Positions 49,033 to 58,053 of a DNA stretch of 64,000 nucleotides are shown in pieces (the stretch's first letter is position 1; the number at the start of each line of letters is the position of its first letter). Source of the DNA: an uncultured Clostridia bacterium (GTDB lineage: Bacteria; Bacillota; Clostridia; Christensenellales; Borkfalkiaceae). Made by a program: the position numbers and the translations under genes. The stretch lies in contig CANQXZ010000001.1 in NCBI GenBank assembly GCA_947627955.1, positions 120,477 to 184,476 of the forward strand, given 5' to 3'. The notes beneath the pieces were generated by a model that saw nothing but the letters and a program-made list of their open reading frames with translations, had not been told where the DNA came from and searched no databases.

Positions 49033-49055
49033 ATATTTTTCTTATGGATTGTTAG

Positions 49056-50531
49056 TTATATTTTTCTGCCCCACTTCTTTTTTAGATCAATAGAAGCACT
49101 TGCTTTATCAATAAGCCACAATGCTGGCTCTTCAACACCATCAGGATTAAATTGACTGCCATTTTCAACGTGACCTAGCGCACTGCATGTAAAAAATTGA
49201 ATACTTTTAAATTTAGACTTTAAGCTATTTAAGAAGTTATCCTCCTCATATTCAATCAAAAACTGCTCACAAACTTTATTTATGGCCTCATACTTTGATT
49301 TCATATTATGAATTTGCATATACTTGCGTATAGCTTCATTACCGATTTTTTCATCAAGCCCAGGAATATCGCATTTTGTAAATACAACAGCAACATCTGT
49401 CTTAATCATGTTCTTTGGCGTTAGGCAATTCATATTTTCTAGCGTTTTAATAAGTACATCAAGTACTTCATCCATTCCGCGTTCGCTAGCGCCATATTTA
49501 GATAAACTAATTTTACTTTCAACTTCATCTCTATACCTTCTTAAAGAAAGCGGATCTACGACCATAAGGAAGGCATTTGCATATTTATAACCGATTTGTT
49601 TTCCAATCTCGCTATTGCTTTCATAGGCTTCACCTGCGACATCGCAAATAGATATTAAATTTTTTACCTTTTCTCCGTGGGGTGTAAGATAAAACTGATA
49701 ATATCTCATTCTTGTATCGTTAGTTTTTTCAGGTAGTCTACCGTCACCCATATTACGTTTATTGTTCTCATAATCATCACCTAAAGCCAAATTAGGTTTA
49801 TACTCAAAGTCCAACCCATTTTCGGAAGCATTTTTTTCGATTTGAGAAATTGCCATGCTAATATAACACGTTTTCCCGGCACTTGGTCCCCCAACAACAG
49901 GAATGGGAATATCTACTTGAAGCGGACCACCGAGCTCATATCCACACTTTGGACATACCCATTTACCAGATTGTTTGTGCCTGCCATTAAAAAATGTAGT
50001 TTTAAGTTTGCGACCACATTCACATTCACGCCTTAAAACTCCATATCTGCTAGGAGCAAGTAAAGAATGTTTTGCGCCACAAGTGCATATGTATGCTGGC
50101 AAAGCATATCTTTCTTGACAATTAGGACAACTTGTCGAAATTTTTTTAATACTTCTGTAAATCCAATCAAAAAACGCAATGATTAAGTATAAAATATAAA
50201 ATATTGTCATGAAAATCAGCAACACAATAGCTTGTACAACAGAAATAATTGCACAAGGAACTGGTGTTAAGATAGTGCTTAACAATAGCCAACCGAAGGA
50301 TAGCCCAAACATAAACATGGCCGCAACAGCTTTAAAAAAGCTAGCGAAAGGTTCATATAATGTGACAACATTTTTTACATTTCTTCCTAGTTTTCTTAGA
50401 GCTGATAAAACTGAATATGCACTTTTACTGATTATTCTGCCACACTGGATAAAAGTATTTGCAATTGTCTTTCCAAATTCTATATATCCATCTCTAAAGA
50501 AATAATTAATTTTTGCTGGCTGCTTTTCCAT
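49056..50531 (-). CDS. membrane-anchored double-zinc-ribbon P-loop GTPase (paralog 1)
   Basis: 491 aa with N-terminal TM helices and CPNCQER..CTCG..CECG..CPKCG ribbons. G1 is GGPSAGKT (49895-49866), G3 DVAGE, G4 TKCD and G5 CSALG. Confidence 0.75.
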   Translation of the reverse strand: MEKQPAKINYFFRDGYIEFGKTIANTFIQCGRIISKSAYSVLSALRKLGRNVKNVVTLYEPFASFFKAVAAMFMFGLSFGWLLLSTILTPVPCAIISVVQAIVLLIFMTIFYILYLIIAFFDWIYRSIKKISTSCPNCQERYALPAYICTCGAKHSLLAPSRYGVLRRECECGRKLKTTFFNGRHKQSGKWVCPKCGYELGGPLQVDIPIPVVGGPSAGKTCYISMAISQIEKNASENGLDFEYKPNLALGDDYENNKRNMGDGRLPEKTNDTRMRYYQFYLTPHGEKVKNLISICDVAGEAYESNSEIGKQIGYKYANAFLMVVDPLSLRRYRDEVESKISLSKYGASERGMDEVLDVLIKTLENMNCLTPKNMIKTDVAVVFTKCDIPGLDEKIGNEAIRKYMQIHNMKSKYEAINKVCEQFLIEYEEDNFLNSLKSKFKSIQFFTCSALGHVENGSQFNPDGVEEPALWLIDKASASIDLKKKWGRKI

Positions 50532-50550
50532 TATTAATTCCTCATATGTC

Positions 50551-50862
50551 TTATATGTACATTAAAACTAGTCTGTAAATTTCGTAAGCAACAGGGGCAA
50601 TAATTGCCAAAACAACTAACCCTATCACAATAAATAAGGCTACTTTCATATAAATATTACTTACGCTATGATTAATTCCAACCACACTATTTTTAATGGC
50701 GGAAACTAATCCGACAAAAATGCTTATAAACAAACCTATTACAAGTGATCCAACAAAAACCACTACTACGGTTGCAATTAGTATTGCTAATATTTGCAAC
50801 CCTAAGTACAGGAAGAATAATCCTCCTAGACAGCTACCTACTCCATCATCATCATCTGACAT
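50551..50862 (-). CDS. small three-TM membrane protein with acidic N-terminus
   Basis: 103 aa, MSDDDDG followed by three hydrophobic helices. Its start lies 5 nt downstream of the stop of the 894-aa gene. Confidence 0.5.
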   Translation of the reverse strand: MSDDDDGVGSCLGGLFFLYLGLQILAILIATVVVVFVGSLVIGLFISIFVGLVSAIKNSVVGINHSVSNIYMKVALFIVIGLVVLAIIAPVAYEIYRLVLMYI

Positions 50863-50867
50863 AATTT

Positions 50868-53552
50868 TTACTCCTTATTATTTTTATTAAATATTTTTTC
50901 AAAGAAACTCATATGTTCCTTTAAATATTTATCAATGAAATTTTTTACTTTAGGCAAATCCGGTTCTGATATTAGTTCACATATCTTTTTAAAAAGCTTC
51001 TTATAATCTCCTCTACTTAAAGTATCTACATATTTTGAAACAAAAAATATAAGATTACTTGCTAATCTATCGTTCACATTAAAGGCATACGCAAAAATAT
51101 CAGCTAAAATTTCGTAATATTCTTTGTTGCTTAGCTTTTCAAGTGGATTTAATATTGCCGCTATTGAACCATTAAGATATGATATCGGCCTTTCAAAAGT
51201 AGCTCTTAATAGTGTGTTGCTCTTGTATCCTTTTTCCTTATATTCGCAATACAGTTGCAATATATCAATAAAATAATTTGAAATGAACTGTTCCAATTGA
51301 AAATCATTAAGCCAAGAATACAGAGTATTCTGTTTTATACAATTGGTTAACAGATCTTCACCCAATTTTCCTCTTACAAGTAATATTGTCCGTAAGATAG
51401 AATAATTGTCTGGAATCTTAAAATGTGCATCACGCAACCTTACGTTTAACTCATTTATGCTACGTAAATAAGTAGGAGCATAATTAATTAGCTCTTCCAT
51501 TGATAATGAAAAAATCTCCTGATTTAAGTAATCTAAAATCAAAATCATATCAGCAAAAGAATTCTCAAAATCTTTTAATTGATCGTAGAATTTTATACTT
51601 TCGGCTATTTTATCTTTTCCTTTAAGATTACCAAGATATAATTTTATTTTTTGTATATATATGCCACTATCATATCCAGTTCGATAATATTTATTAAAGT
51701 AGCTATCTAATGAGCGGAAATTAACCTTTGTTGCGGTTTTAAAAACATAAGCTTCTTTCCGGAATAAGAAATCTCTAAAATCATTCTTTTCTTTATTAAG
51801 GTTCTCTACACTTTCAAATAAGCTCTTATATATGTCTGAATACTTTATATATAAATCCATGAAATTTGCATTTCGCATATTATTGCTGATAAATGTAGTT
51901 ATCAAGTGTGTCTTTTCTTGTTCATTTTCTAGTGAACATATAACGCTGAAAGCAAATTCCATCGACTTTACATCTGAAATTTGGCATTTTACAAAATCGC
52001 CTAAAGCGTTCATAATTAACCAATTTAATGCTTTGTCGCCTAACTGTTTAGCGCAATTCAAATATAATTTGAATTCTTCCAAGGATCTATGAGTAATGGA
52101 TTTTCGAATTATTTTATCCATTAACATATATGCTTTATTGTTTTCCGCTTCACTCAAATTTAATGCAATCGAATTTACCAATGCATCAAAGACATAATAT
52201 AGTTCATTTGTGCCGTTTCGAGCCTCAATGTATCTTTCCCATTCAGAATTGTTTACAACCATTAAGGAATAATCATTCCAAGGGAACGGAGCCTTATTCT
52301 TAATTTCAGCTAAGCTTGATTGTGGAGTGCCCGAATATATATTTACGCCAAAAAGCGTCAACTCGGAAAAATAACGATTCATTATTGAATCTTTTATATA
52401 TCGGTCGGAAAAATCGTAAGTAAATTTTATGAGCGAGAGAATTTCATTCCCTTTACCCCACTTCCCAGAAATGATTACTTCATTATAAAGATTAAAAGCA
52501 ATTTCTTTTTCATTAATATAATGATATTTCAAAGCAATTTCTAAAGCTGATGAATATTCCGACGCACCTGTGAACCACCTGAAGTTTTTCTGATTTAAAT
52601 AATAAACCGCCAATGCTATATCAATATGGCATTGTGTCATTGCTATTATATTGTTTACCGACTCTATTTTCTTTAAAATGGCAAATAAAGTCGATGACTC
52701 AAGTGACTGCATAACATCGTTTATATATCTACCTAATACTAATTTTGAACATATTTTCTTTTCAAAATTAAAAACAATGTTTCCTGCCGCAAGTTCATCT
52801 TGGTAGTTAAATGTTGAACCAATCATGCTTGCAAATATATTTCGAATTTTAATGGGCGGCATGCCTGTAGTTGTTAGGGTATAATCCAGCTGAGTAGAAT
52901 ACTGCGTACAAAAAGTTGCATCATTAAAATAACTTGCAGGCAAAAGTGTACCTATAATGGCATAGAGTAGTCTGATATTTTCTTCCGTGTCATTAAAAGT
53001 AATCCTATCTAATGAACCATGTGTATTTATCACCGCTTGCAATAAAGATGCTATATCTTGTTTATATCCACCAAAAGCAAGTTTTTTAATTGCTTCTTCA
53101 CTTGCAATACTTTGTGTATTTAATTCAATAGGTGGAAGCGATGCGGGAGCAGGATCATCGTGCCATTCTTTATATGAGAGACTTGATTTAAATGCTTTAT
53201 GTTCAAAAATGCAATAAGGATTAAACCCTTGTAATTCATCAAATATAAAAGCGTGAATGATGAAGTTTCCGTTACGGCTATCTTGATCGCTATAAACTTT
53301 GCCAATATAGCTTGATTGCGCGACACAACGTCTCCCAGACGAAAGAATAAAATAGGCATACTTCTTTGGGAAAAAGGCCTTAATTTCCTCATCTGTTGGT
53401 TCATATGGCGCATTTGGAGCCTTTTTATAGGACATAAGTTTGATAATTTCATCACATTCTGATTTTGTGACATTGTCAGATTTTGCCCATACACTAAATG
53501 CTCCGGATTTATCTTTTCCACAAGCCGTATAAATCATTTGATAGGCTAACAT
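50868..53552 (-). CDS. large all-helical protein, N-terminus resembling GTPase-associated protein 1 (GAP1)
   Basis: 894 aa behind an AAGGAG RBS. MLAYQMIYTACGKDKSGAFSVWAKS follows the QxxYTSxxxGxxGxxGFQxxAxS-type opening I associate with GAP1-N domains. This comes from memory of a motif, not a search. It lies directly downstream of a Zn-ribbon GTPase. Confidence 0.45.
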   Translation of the reverse strand: MLAYQMIYTACGKDKSGAFSVWAKSDNVTKSECDEIIKLMSYKKAPNAPYEPTDEEIKAFFPKKYAYFILSSGRRCVAQSSYIGKVYSDQDSRNGNFIIHAFIFDELQGFNPYCIFEHKAFKSSLSYKEWHDDPAPASLPPIELNTQSIASEEAIKKLAFGGYKQDIASLLQAVINTHGSLDRITFNDTEENIRLLYAIIGTLLPASYFNDATFCTQYSTQLDYTLTTTGMPPIKIRNIFASMIGSTFNYQDELAAGNIVFNFEKKICSKLVLGRYINDVMQSLESSTLFAILKKIESVNNIIAMTQCHIDIALAVYYLNQKNFRWFTGASEYSSALEIALKYHYINEKEIAFNLYNEVIISGKWGKGNEILSLIKFTYDFSDRYIKDSIMNRYFSELTLFGVNIYSGTPQSSLAEIKNKAPFPWNDYSLMVVNNSEWERYIEARNGTNELYYVFDALVNSIALNLSEAENNKAYMLMDKIIRKSITHRSLEEFKLYLNCAKQLGDKALNWLIMNALGDFVKCQISDVKSMEFAFSVICSLENEQEKTHLITTFISNNMRNANFMDLYIKYSDIYKSLFESVENLNKEKNDFRDFLFRKEAYVFKTATKVNFRSLDSYFNKYYRTGYDSGIYIQKIKLYLGNLKGKDKIAESIKFYDQLKDFENSFADMILILDYLNQEIFSLSMEELINYAPTYLRSINELNVRLRDAHFKIPDNYSILRTILLVRGKLGEDLLTNCIKQNTLYSWLNDFQLEQFISNYFIDILQLYCEYKEKGYKSNTLLRATFERPISYLNGSIAAILNPLEKLSNKEYYEILADIFAYAFNVNDRLASNLIFFVSKYVDTLSRGDYKKLFKKICELISEPDLPKVKNFIDKYLKEHMSFFEKIFNKNNKE

Positions 53553-53600
53553 ATCATCATACTCCTTAAATTAAGATTTAGATTAATTTTTATAATTAGT

Positions 53601-54716
53601 TTATTTTTTAACTGTCTGAATATAGTGATTTTCCGCTAATAACCATAAAAGCGGATCCAGAACGCGCCTAGGATTAATCTTGTTACCTGATAGCTTTGTC
53701 CCATTAGGAACACCTCCTAGTGCCGTCAAGCCAAAGAACGCATATTTTTCAAACTGCTTCATTTGCTGCACAAGCTCGGCATCCAGCCAGTTTTCCAAAA
53801 GATCTTGCATTTCAATATTGACGCTCTCGAAATCTGTTTCAACAAATACCCCACGCGCAAGATGTTCTGATTCCGAATGTAAACAACTATCTTCCTTTAA
53901 AAGATTGTACTGTTCCAACGCATCTATTTTTGTGAATGCCAAAGCAAGAGGAATCTTAATGGTTCCTCGTATATTCTTTACATCTCTGATATTTTGGACT
54001 ATTCGACTCAGAACTTCAACAACATCTGTATTTTGTGGAGGAAGCGACATTTTACCCTGAAGCTTCTCTCTAATTGTTGATACTTGCAAAGGATCAAGCA
54101 ACAAAATGATACCATCAGCATTAGGAATATAACGATTATTGACTAGCATATCATCGGTGGAGTCAAGATTTTCACCTGCAGTATCATAAAAGGACAATGC
54201 TGCCACTTTTTTAATATGATTATTTTTGTCCATAAAGCGCAAAGGAAAAATCAACGGAGGGACGTCATCTTGACTTGTGGCGTCAACTACAGAACCGTGT
54301 TTAAAAAGCGGCTCATAATAGTGGTCATTATAATACTGCCGAGACTCCTCACTACTAGCTAAACTTAAGGTACAATTAAAACTAGACGTCATCTTTCGCT
54401 TAATTTCGTTGATAAGTACGCCTATGTAATTGGACTTGCCGGAAGCCTTCGCACCAAGTAGCGCAACAGACAAGCTCTCTTCATTAAGAAAATCAGATGG
54501 AATTTCTTTATTAACAACACTGCAAAATACTGACTTTCGAGCATCTTTGCATTTCATGCATTTTTGCTTATCTTTATTTGGAATCCAGCCAGCTGCATCT
54601 TTGACTACGGTTGAAATACACTTATCGGGTTTCCCGGGAACATTATATGAGCATTTCAAACCACTGGAAATAATGTCATGCTTACCGTAACAATATGGAC
54701 ACGTAAATTTTTTCAT
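53601..54716 (-). CDS. soluble zinc-ribbon P-loop GTPase (TRAFAC-like motif order)
   Basis: 371 aa with CPYC...C...C...CMKC ribbons. G1 is GAKASGKS (54455-54432), G3 YDTAGE, G4 TKID and G5 LTALGG. Confidence 0.8.
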   Translation of the reverse strand: MKKFTCPYCYGKHDIISSGLKCSYNVPGKPDKCISTVVKDAAGWIPNKDKQKCMKCKDARKSVFCSVVNKEIPSDFLNEESLSVALLGAKASGKSNYIGVLINEIKRKMTSSFNCTLSLASSEESRQYYNDHYYEPLFKHGSVVDATSQDDVPPLIFPLRFMDKNNHIKKVAALSFYDTAGENLDSTDDMLVNNRYIPNADGIILLLDPLQVSTIREKLQGKMSLPPQNTDVVEVLSRIVQNIRDVKNIRGTIKIPLALAFTKIDALEQYNLLKEDSCLHSESEHLARGVFVETDFESVNIEMQDLLENWLDAELVQQMKQFEKYAFFGLTALGGVPNGTKLSGNKINPRRVLDPLLWLLAENHYIQTVKK

Positions 54717-54738
54717 TATGTAACCTGCCTATTATATA

Positions 54739-55479
54739 TTATCGATTAACTGATTGGACCCATTGACGATCTCGCTTATTTTCTTCATCTTGTGCCTGAA
54801 TTTCTTCTTCAGTAGCACCTCTTTCTCTCATACTTTCGATTTTTTTATCTCCCTGATATTTAATCAAGTCAATCTCATCTTGCTTCACTTGCTTTGTATA
54901 TTTCTCTGAAGCAATTCTATCTTCATCACTGATACTTTTGCCTTTGGCTTCACGTTCCGCTAATTTTTCATTGATTTTATTTCGCATATCAATGTCATGC
55001 GATTGCAAATCAACTTTTTCTTGATGAACAGTATCTCGAAATTCAATCCCTTCTTCCTTCATCTGATAGCTTAGCTGCTCTTGTGATGCAATATTTTTTT
55101 CATATTGCGCTCTTAATGAGTCAAATGTCTTTGAATCACCACGTTCAACAGCTTTTGCCATATCTCTAGAAATAGCCTCATTTTTTGCATCAAGCTGCTC
55201 ATAAGCCTGCTTTTTTTGTTCGCCGAAAAATTGAAGCCTTTGCTGATTATTCATATCCCACATCTTACTTTTTTGTTCATCAATCGCCATTTCAGCTTTT
55301 TCGTAATCGCGGGAATTGGGGTCTATTTTTTTTAGTTCCTCTTCCTGTGCCTCAATATTTTTTTTATAATCTTGAGTGGCCGCATATGCTTCCGGAGCAT
55401 TACGGCTAGCCATGGCAGAGTTCCAACGTCTCTCATATATTTCGGAATATTTCTGATATTCTTTCATCTTATTTGTCAT
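54739..55479 (-). CDS. highly charged coiled-coil protein, unknown function
   Basis: 246 aa, rich in K, E, Q and D throughout. No TM helices or enzymatic motifs. Confidence 0.6.
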   Translation of the reverse strand: MTNKMKEYQKYSEIYERRWNSAMASRNAPEAYAATQDYKKNIEAQEEELKKIDPNSRDYEKAEMAIDEQKSKMWDMNNQQRLQFFGEQKKQAYEQLDAKNEAISRDMAKAVERGDSKTFDSLRAQYEKNIASQEQLSYQMKEEGIEFRDTVHQEKVDLQSHDIDMRNKINEKLAEREAKGKSISDEDRIASEKYTKQVKQDEIDLIKYQGDKKIESMRERGATEEEIQAQDEENKRDRQWVQSVNR

Positions 55480-55491
55480 ACAACAATCTCC

Positions 55492-56691
55492 TTAAAATAC
55501 ATTTAATCTAGTATGCTCGTTCGTCTTCTTTGAATAATAAATTGCCTGATTTTCCGGAAGTTGCGCAAATACATCGGGTAAATATACACGTTCCTTCTCA
55601 GTTGTAATCGATGTACTACTTTGCTTACTAGCACCACCTCTTCCATTTAAGCGATCCCAAAATGTTGGATTACTTACTCCTTTTGTTACAGTTTCTTTTT
55701 GTCTTTCATATGTACCAAAAAATTCTGAACAAAATTCCTTATTCTTGTTAGAGTTCTGTTTAAAGAAAAAATAACTGTCGGCATACTCGATCCACTCATT
55801 AGACTGTTCAATTAAGTTACTCAAATCTTGTATAGTATATAAAACATTGCAACTCTTTCCACCCTTTATAAGCTTCTGTATCCCAGAAGCAATTAATATA
55901 TCATTAGGTGTTCCATCAACAAGCACATTAACACTAGACACACTTGACGTGGCAACATTAAAACGCCCTATTGCATCTATAATAGCTGACATAATAAGAA
56001 TGGACTCCTCATGTTTTGCAGAAAAGTCTAAGCTTATTTCTATAATTGGTTTGCTCTTAAAAATCTGTTCTAAGCTCTTGTTTCCTGATAATACATAGCC
56101 AGAAACATTATTTGCAAAATCATAGAAATATGCCTCAAGTTCTCGAATTTCAGCCCTAATGCTATTTAAGAACCGATCATTTCTAGCCTGCTCAACACCA
56201 GTACTATATTTCATATTAAGATCTTCAATTTCTTCAATAGGAAAATCCAACAAATTATTTATTTTAACTGTTTTACCAGCTTTTTTAGCAAGATTTCTAA
56301 GAAGTGATATATAATTCTGAAAGCTCATTCTTTTGCTTTTATCAACTTCGTTATACATATCAAAAAGCTTGATAATATAAGCATTAATATCTGTATCAGT
56401 CATACCTGAGAAAATATCAATTTGCTCAGTTGTACTATTATCTGTGCAATCAACATCAAATATTAATCTGCTTGATGTTGTAATTGAAGGATATGATGAA
56501 AGCCCTGCTACTTGATCACGAAATATAATTACACCATATCCTCTGTTTATAGAGTCAATAGCATAATTTCTCATAATAACTTCTGCCCCTTGTTTTGAAG
56601 CGCCAGAAATTAATACATTTCCTAATGATGCATCAAGTGAAATTGTTCGACTACTTTTTGTAGCACCTCTAATAAAGTTTAATAATCCCAT
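55492..56691 (-). CDS. TraD/VirD4-like (FtsK-HerA superfamily) paralog with degenerate Walker motifs
   Basis: 399 aa, alignable by eye with the upstream ATPase. VLISGASKQGAE replaces LIGGIGSGKT and VLVDGTPND replaces FVCDEFKLLP. The C-terminal YTIQDLSNLIEQ region is conserved. Confidence 0.55.
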   Translation of the reverse strand: MGLLNFIRGATKSSRTISLDASLGNVLISGASKQGAEVIMRNYAIDSINRGYGVIIFRDQVAGLSSYPSITTSSRLIFDVDCTDNSTTEQIDIFSGMTDTDINAYIIKLFDMYNEVDKSKRMSFQNYISLLRNLAKKAGKTVKINNLLDFPIEEIEDLNMKYSTGVEQARNDRFLNSIRAEIRELEAYFYDFANNVSGYVLSGNKSLEQIFKSKPIIEISLDFSAKHEESILIMSAIIDAIGRFNVATSSVSSVNVLVDGTPNDILIASGIQKLIKGGKSCNVLYTIQDLSNLIEQSNEWIEYADSYFFFKQNSNKNKEFCSEFFGTYERQKETVTKGVSNPTFWDRLNGRGGASKQSSTSITTEKERVYLPDVFAQLPENQAIYYSKKTNEHTRLNVF

Positions 56692-56709
56692 GCTTCCACC
56701 GTTTTGTAC

Positions 56710-58053
56710 TTATTTACGTGATTTAAATTCGCTAAAACCAAATTTAAATGGTTCAGCACTATTAATTGAAATTATAGCTTCACCAAGTTTTAGGTTGGCA
56801 ACATCCCAGTCTTCGACAACATGTGCTGTCGCAATAGTTTCTTGTACTGTTGTTGACTTATATGTAGTACATTTTCGATTTTCGCCTGACCGCTCTTTAA
56901 TGTAATTGCGAGTCGAATAATCACTAACCTTAAAAGCAAATAAATTTAGAAATCCAGAGAAAATGTTTTTTGCCATGTTTTCTCCATAAATTTCAATTAT
57001 TTGATCAACATTCTGGACACCTATCATGAATTTAATGCCTAAACTTCTACCAAAATTAACAGCATCATCAATATGTTGCAAGTTGGGTAGAAGTTTAAAT
57101 TCATCACATACGAAAAACACATTGCCATCGCTTTTTGAGCGGCATAAGGCTTCTTTTATTGCCAAATCAAATAATAAACTGTAAATAGGTGTCAACATAC
57201 CGCCAATGCCAATGTCATATTCAATAAATATTTTTTTACCACCCTTATTCCGTACTAATTCACGAATTGAAAGAGTCCCTCTTTTTGCAAAATTTCCCAC
57301 AAAAACAGACCTAACCACTTGCTGAAGTTCTGCTAAAACGCCAAGTGCTTGCCCCATTGCATCCAATGGTATATAGCTCTTCATTGCAGCGAAATTATTG
57401 TACATACTAAGAATACTATGATACCACTGAATATTCTCTTTCTTCATAGCTTCAGAAATAGTATAATTATCGCTTTGTACTGTTCCTCTCCCTTTCATCA
57501 ATACAAAATGATATAGTATAGCGGACATTATGTCTTTAGCTGCTTGAGGGAAAAAAGCATTATCGCCTGCTTTTTTCAATTTGTCGGCAAATAATGAATT
57601 TGATATCTCGATTACATCTTCTTTTAAACCAACAGAGCTATCCAGCTCATTAATGATGTTCCAATAATCAGTTCCAGTGCTACCACATGCAGAGGAATCG
57701 TTGCTAATCACTACGTCGCCTGGTCTATAGAACTCTTTATAAAAGTCTCCTTTAGTATCGAAAATAATCATTACATCACTAGATGACAATTGCGGTACTA
57801 TATTTTGAAGTATTTGATTGAATGTATTAGTTTTACCTGAGCCTATCCCTCCAATAAGCATAAGATGTTGACTTAAAAGTTTTTCAGTCAAAACAAATCT
57901 ATCATTAGCACCATTTCCATTCTTTCCATTAAAAACGATATTGATTGGATGTGGGCATTGCGGTGATGACTGTTGCATAGTTTGCGCCGCTAACGGGACA
58001 TTCAAATTAAGTTCCTGTCCTTCACATACTCGCACTGTCGTCTGGGCCATCAT
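56710..58053 (-). CDS. TraD/VirD4 (type IV coupling protein)-like P-loop ATPase without TM anchor
   Basis: 447 aa with Walker A GGIGSGKT (57852-57829), IIFDTKGDFYKEFY, Walker B FFVCDEF and GVQNVDQIIEIYGENMAKNI. Confidence 0.75.
   Translation of the reverse strand: MMAQTTVRVCEGQELNLNVPLAAQTMQQSSPQCPHPINIVFNGKNGNGANDRFVLTEKLLSQHLMLIGGIGSGKTNTFNQILQNIVPQLSSSDVMIIFDTKGDFYKEFYRPGDVVISNDSSACGSTGTDYWNIINELDSSVGLKEDVIEISNSLFADKLKKAGDNAFFPQAAKDIMSAILYHFVLMKGRGTVQSDNYTISEAMKKENIQWYHSILSMYNNFAAMKSYIPLDAMGQALGVLAELQQVVRSVFVGNFAKRGTLSIRELVRNKGGKKIFIEYDIGIGGMLTPIYSLLFDLAIKEALCRSKSDGNVFFVCDEFKLLPNLQHIDDAVNFGRSLGIKFMIGVQNVDQIIEIYGENMAKNIFSGFLNLFAFKVSDYSTRNYIKERSGENRKCTTYKSTTVQETIATAHVVEDWDVANLKLGEAIISINSAEPFKFGFSEFKSRK

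Noticed and set aside
53120-53521. 133-aa minus-strand ORF in an alternative frame inside the 894-aa gene, and plus-strand ORFs in the island (for example 53680-54060, 62376-62750)
   Set aside because: They are fully nested in longer, better-supported ORFs. In AT-rich DNA such frames arise by chance, and they show no RBS or motifs.
55492-58053. Reading the TraD/VirD4-like ATPases as the conjugative coupling protein of the element
   Set aside because: There is no TM anchor. One copy has ruined Walker motifs. No relaxase, VirB4 or other T4SS genes lie between them and the element end. They are flanked on both sides by Hsp70 and GTPase genes in one operon. This cannot be fully excluded without the sequence beyond 64 kb.
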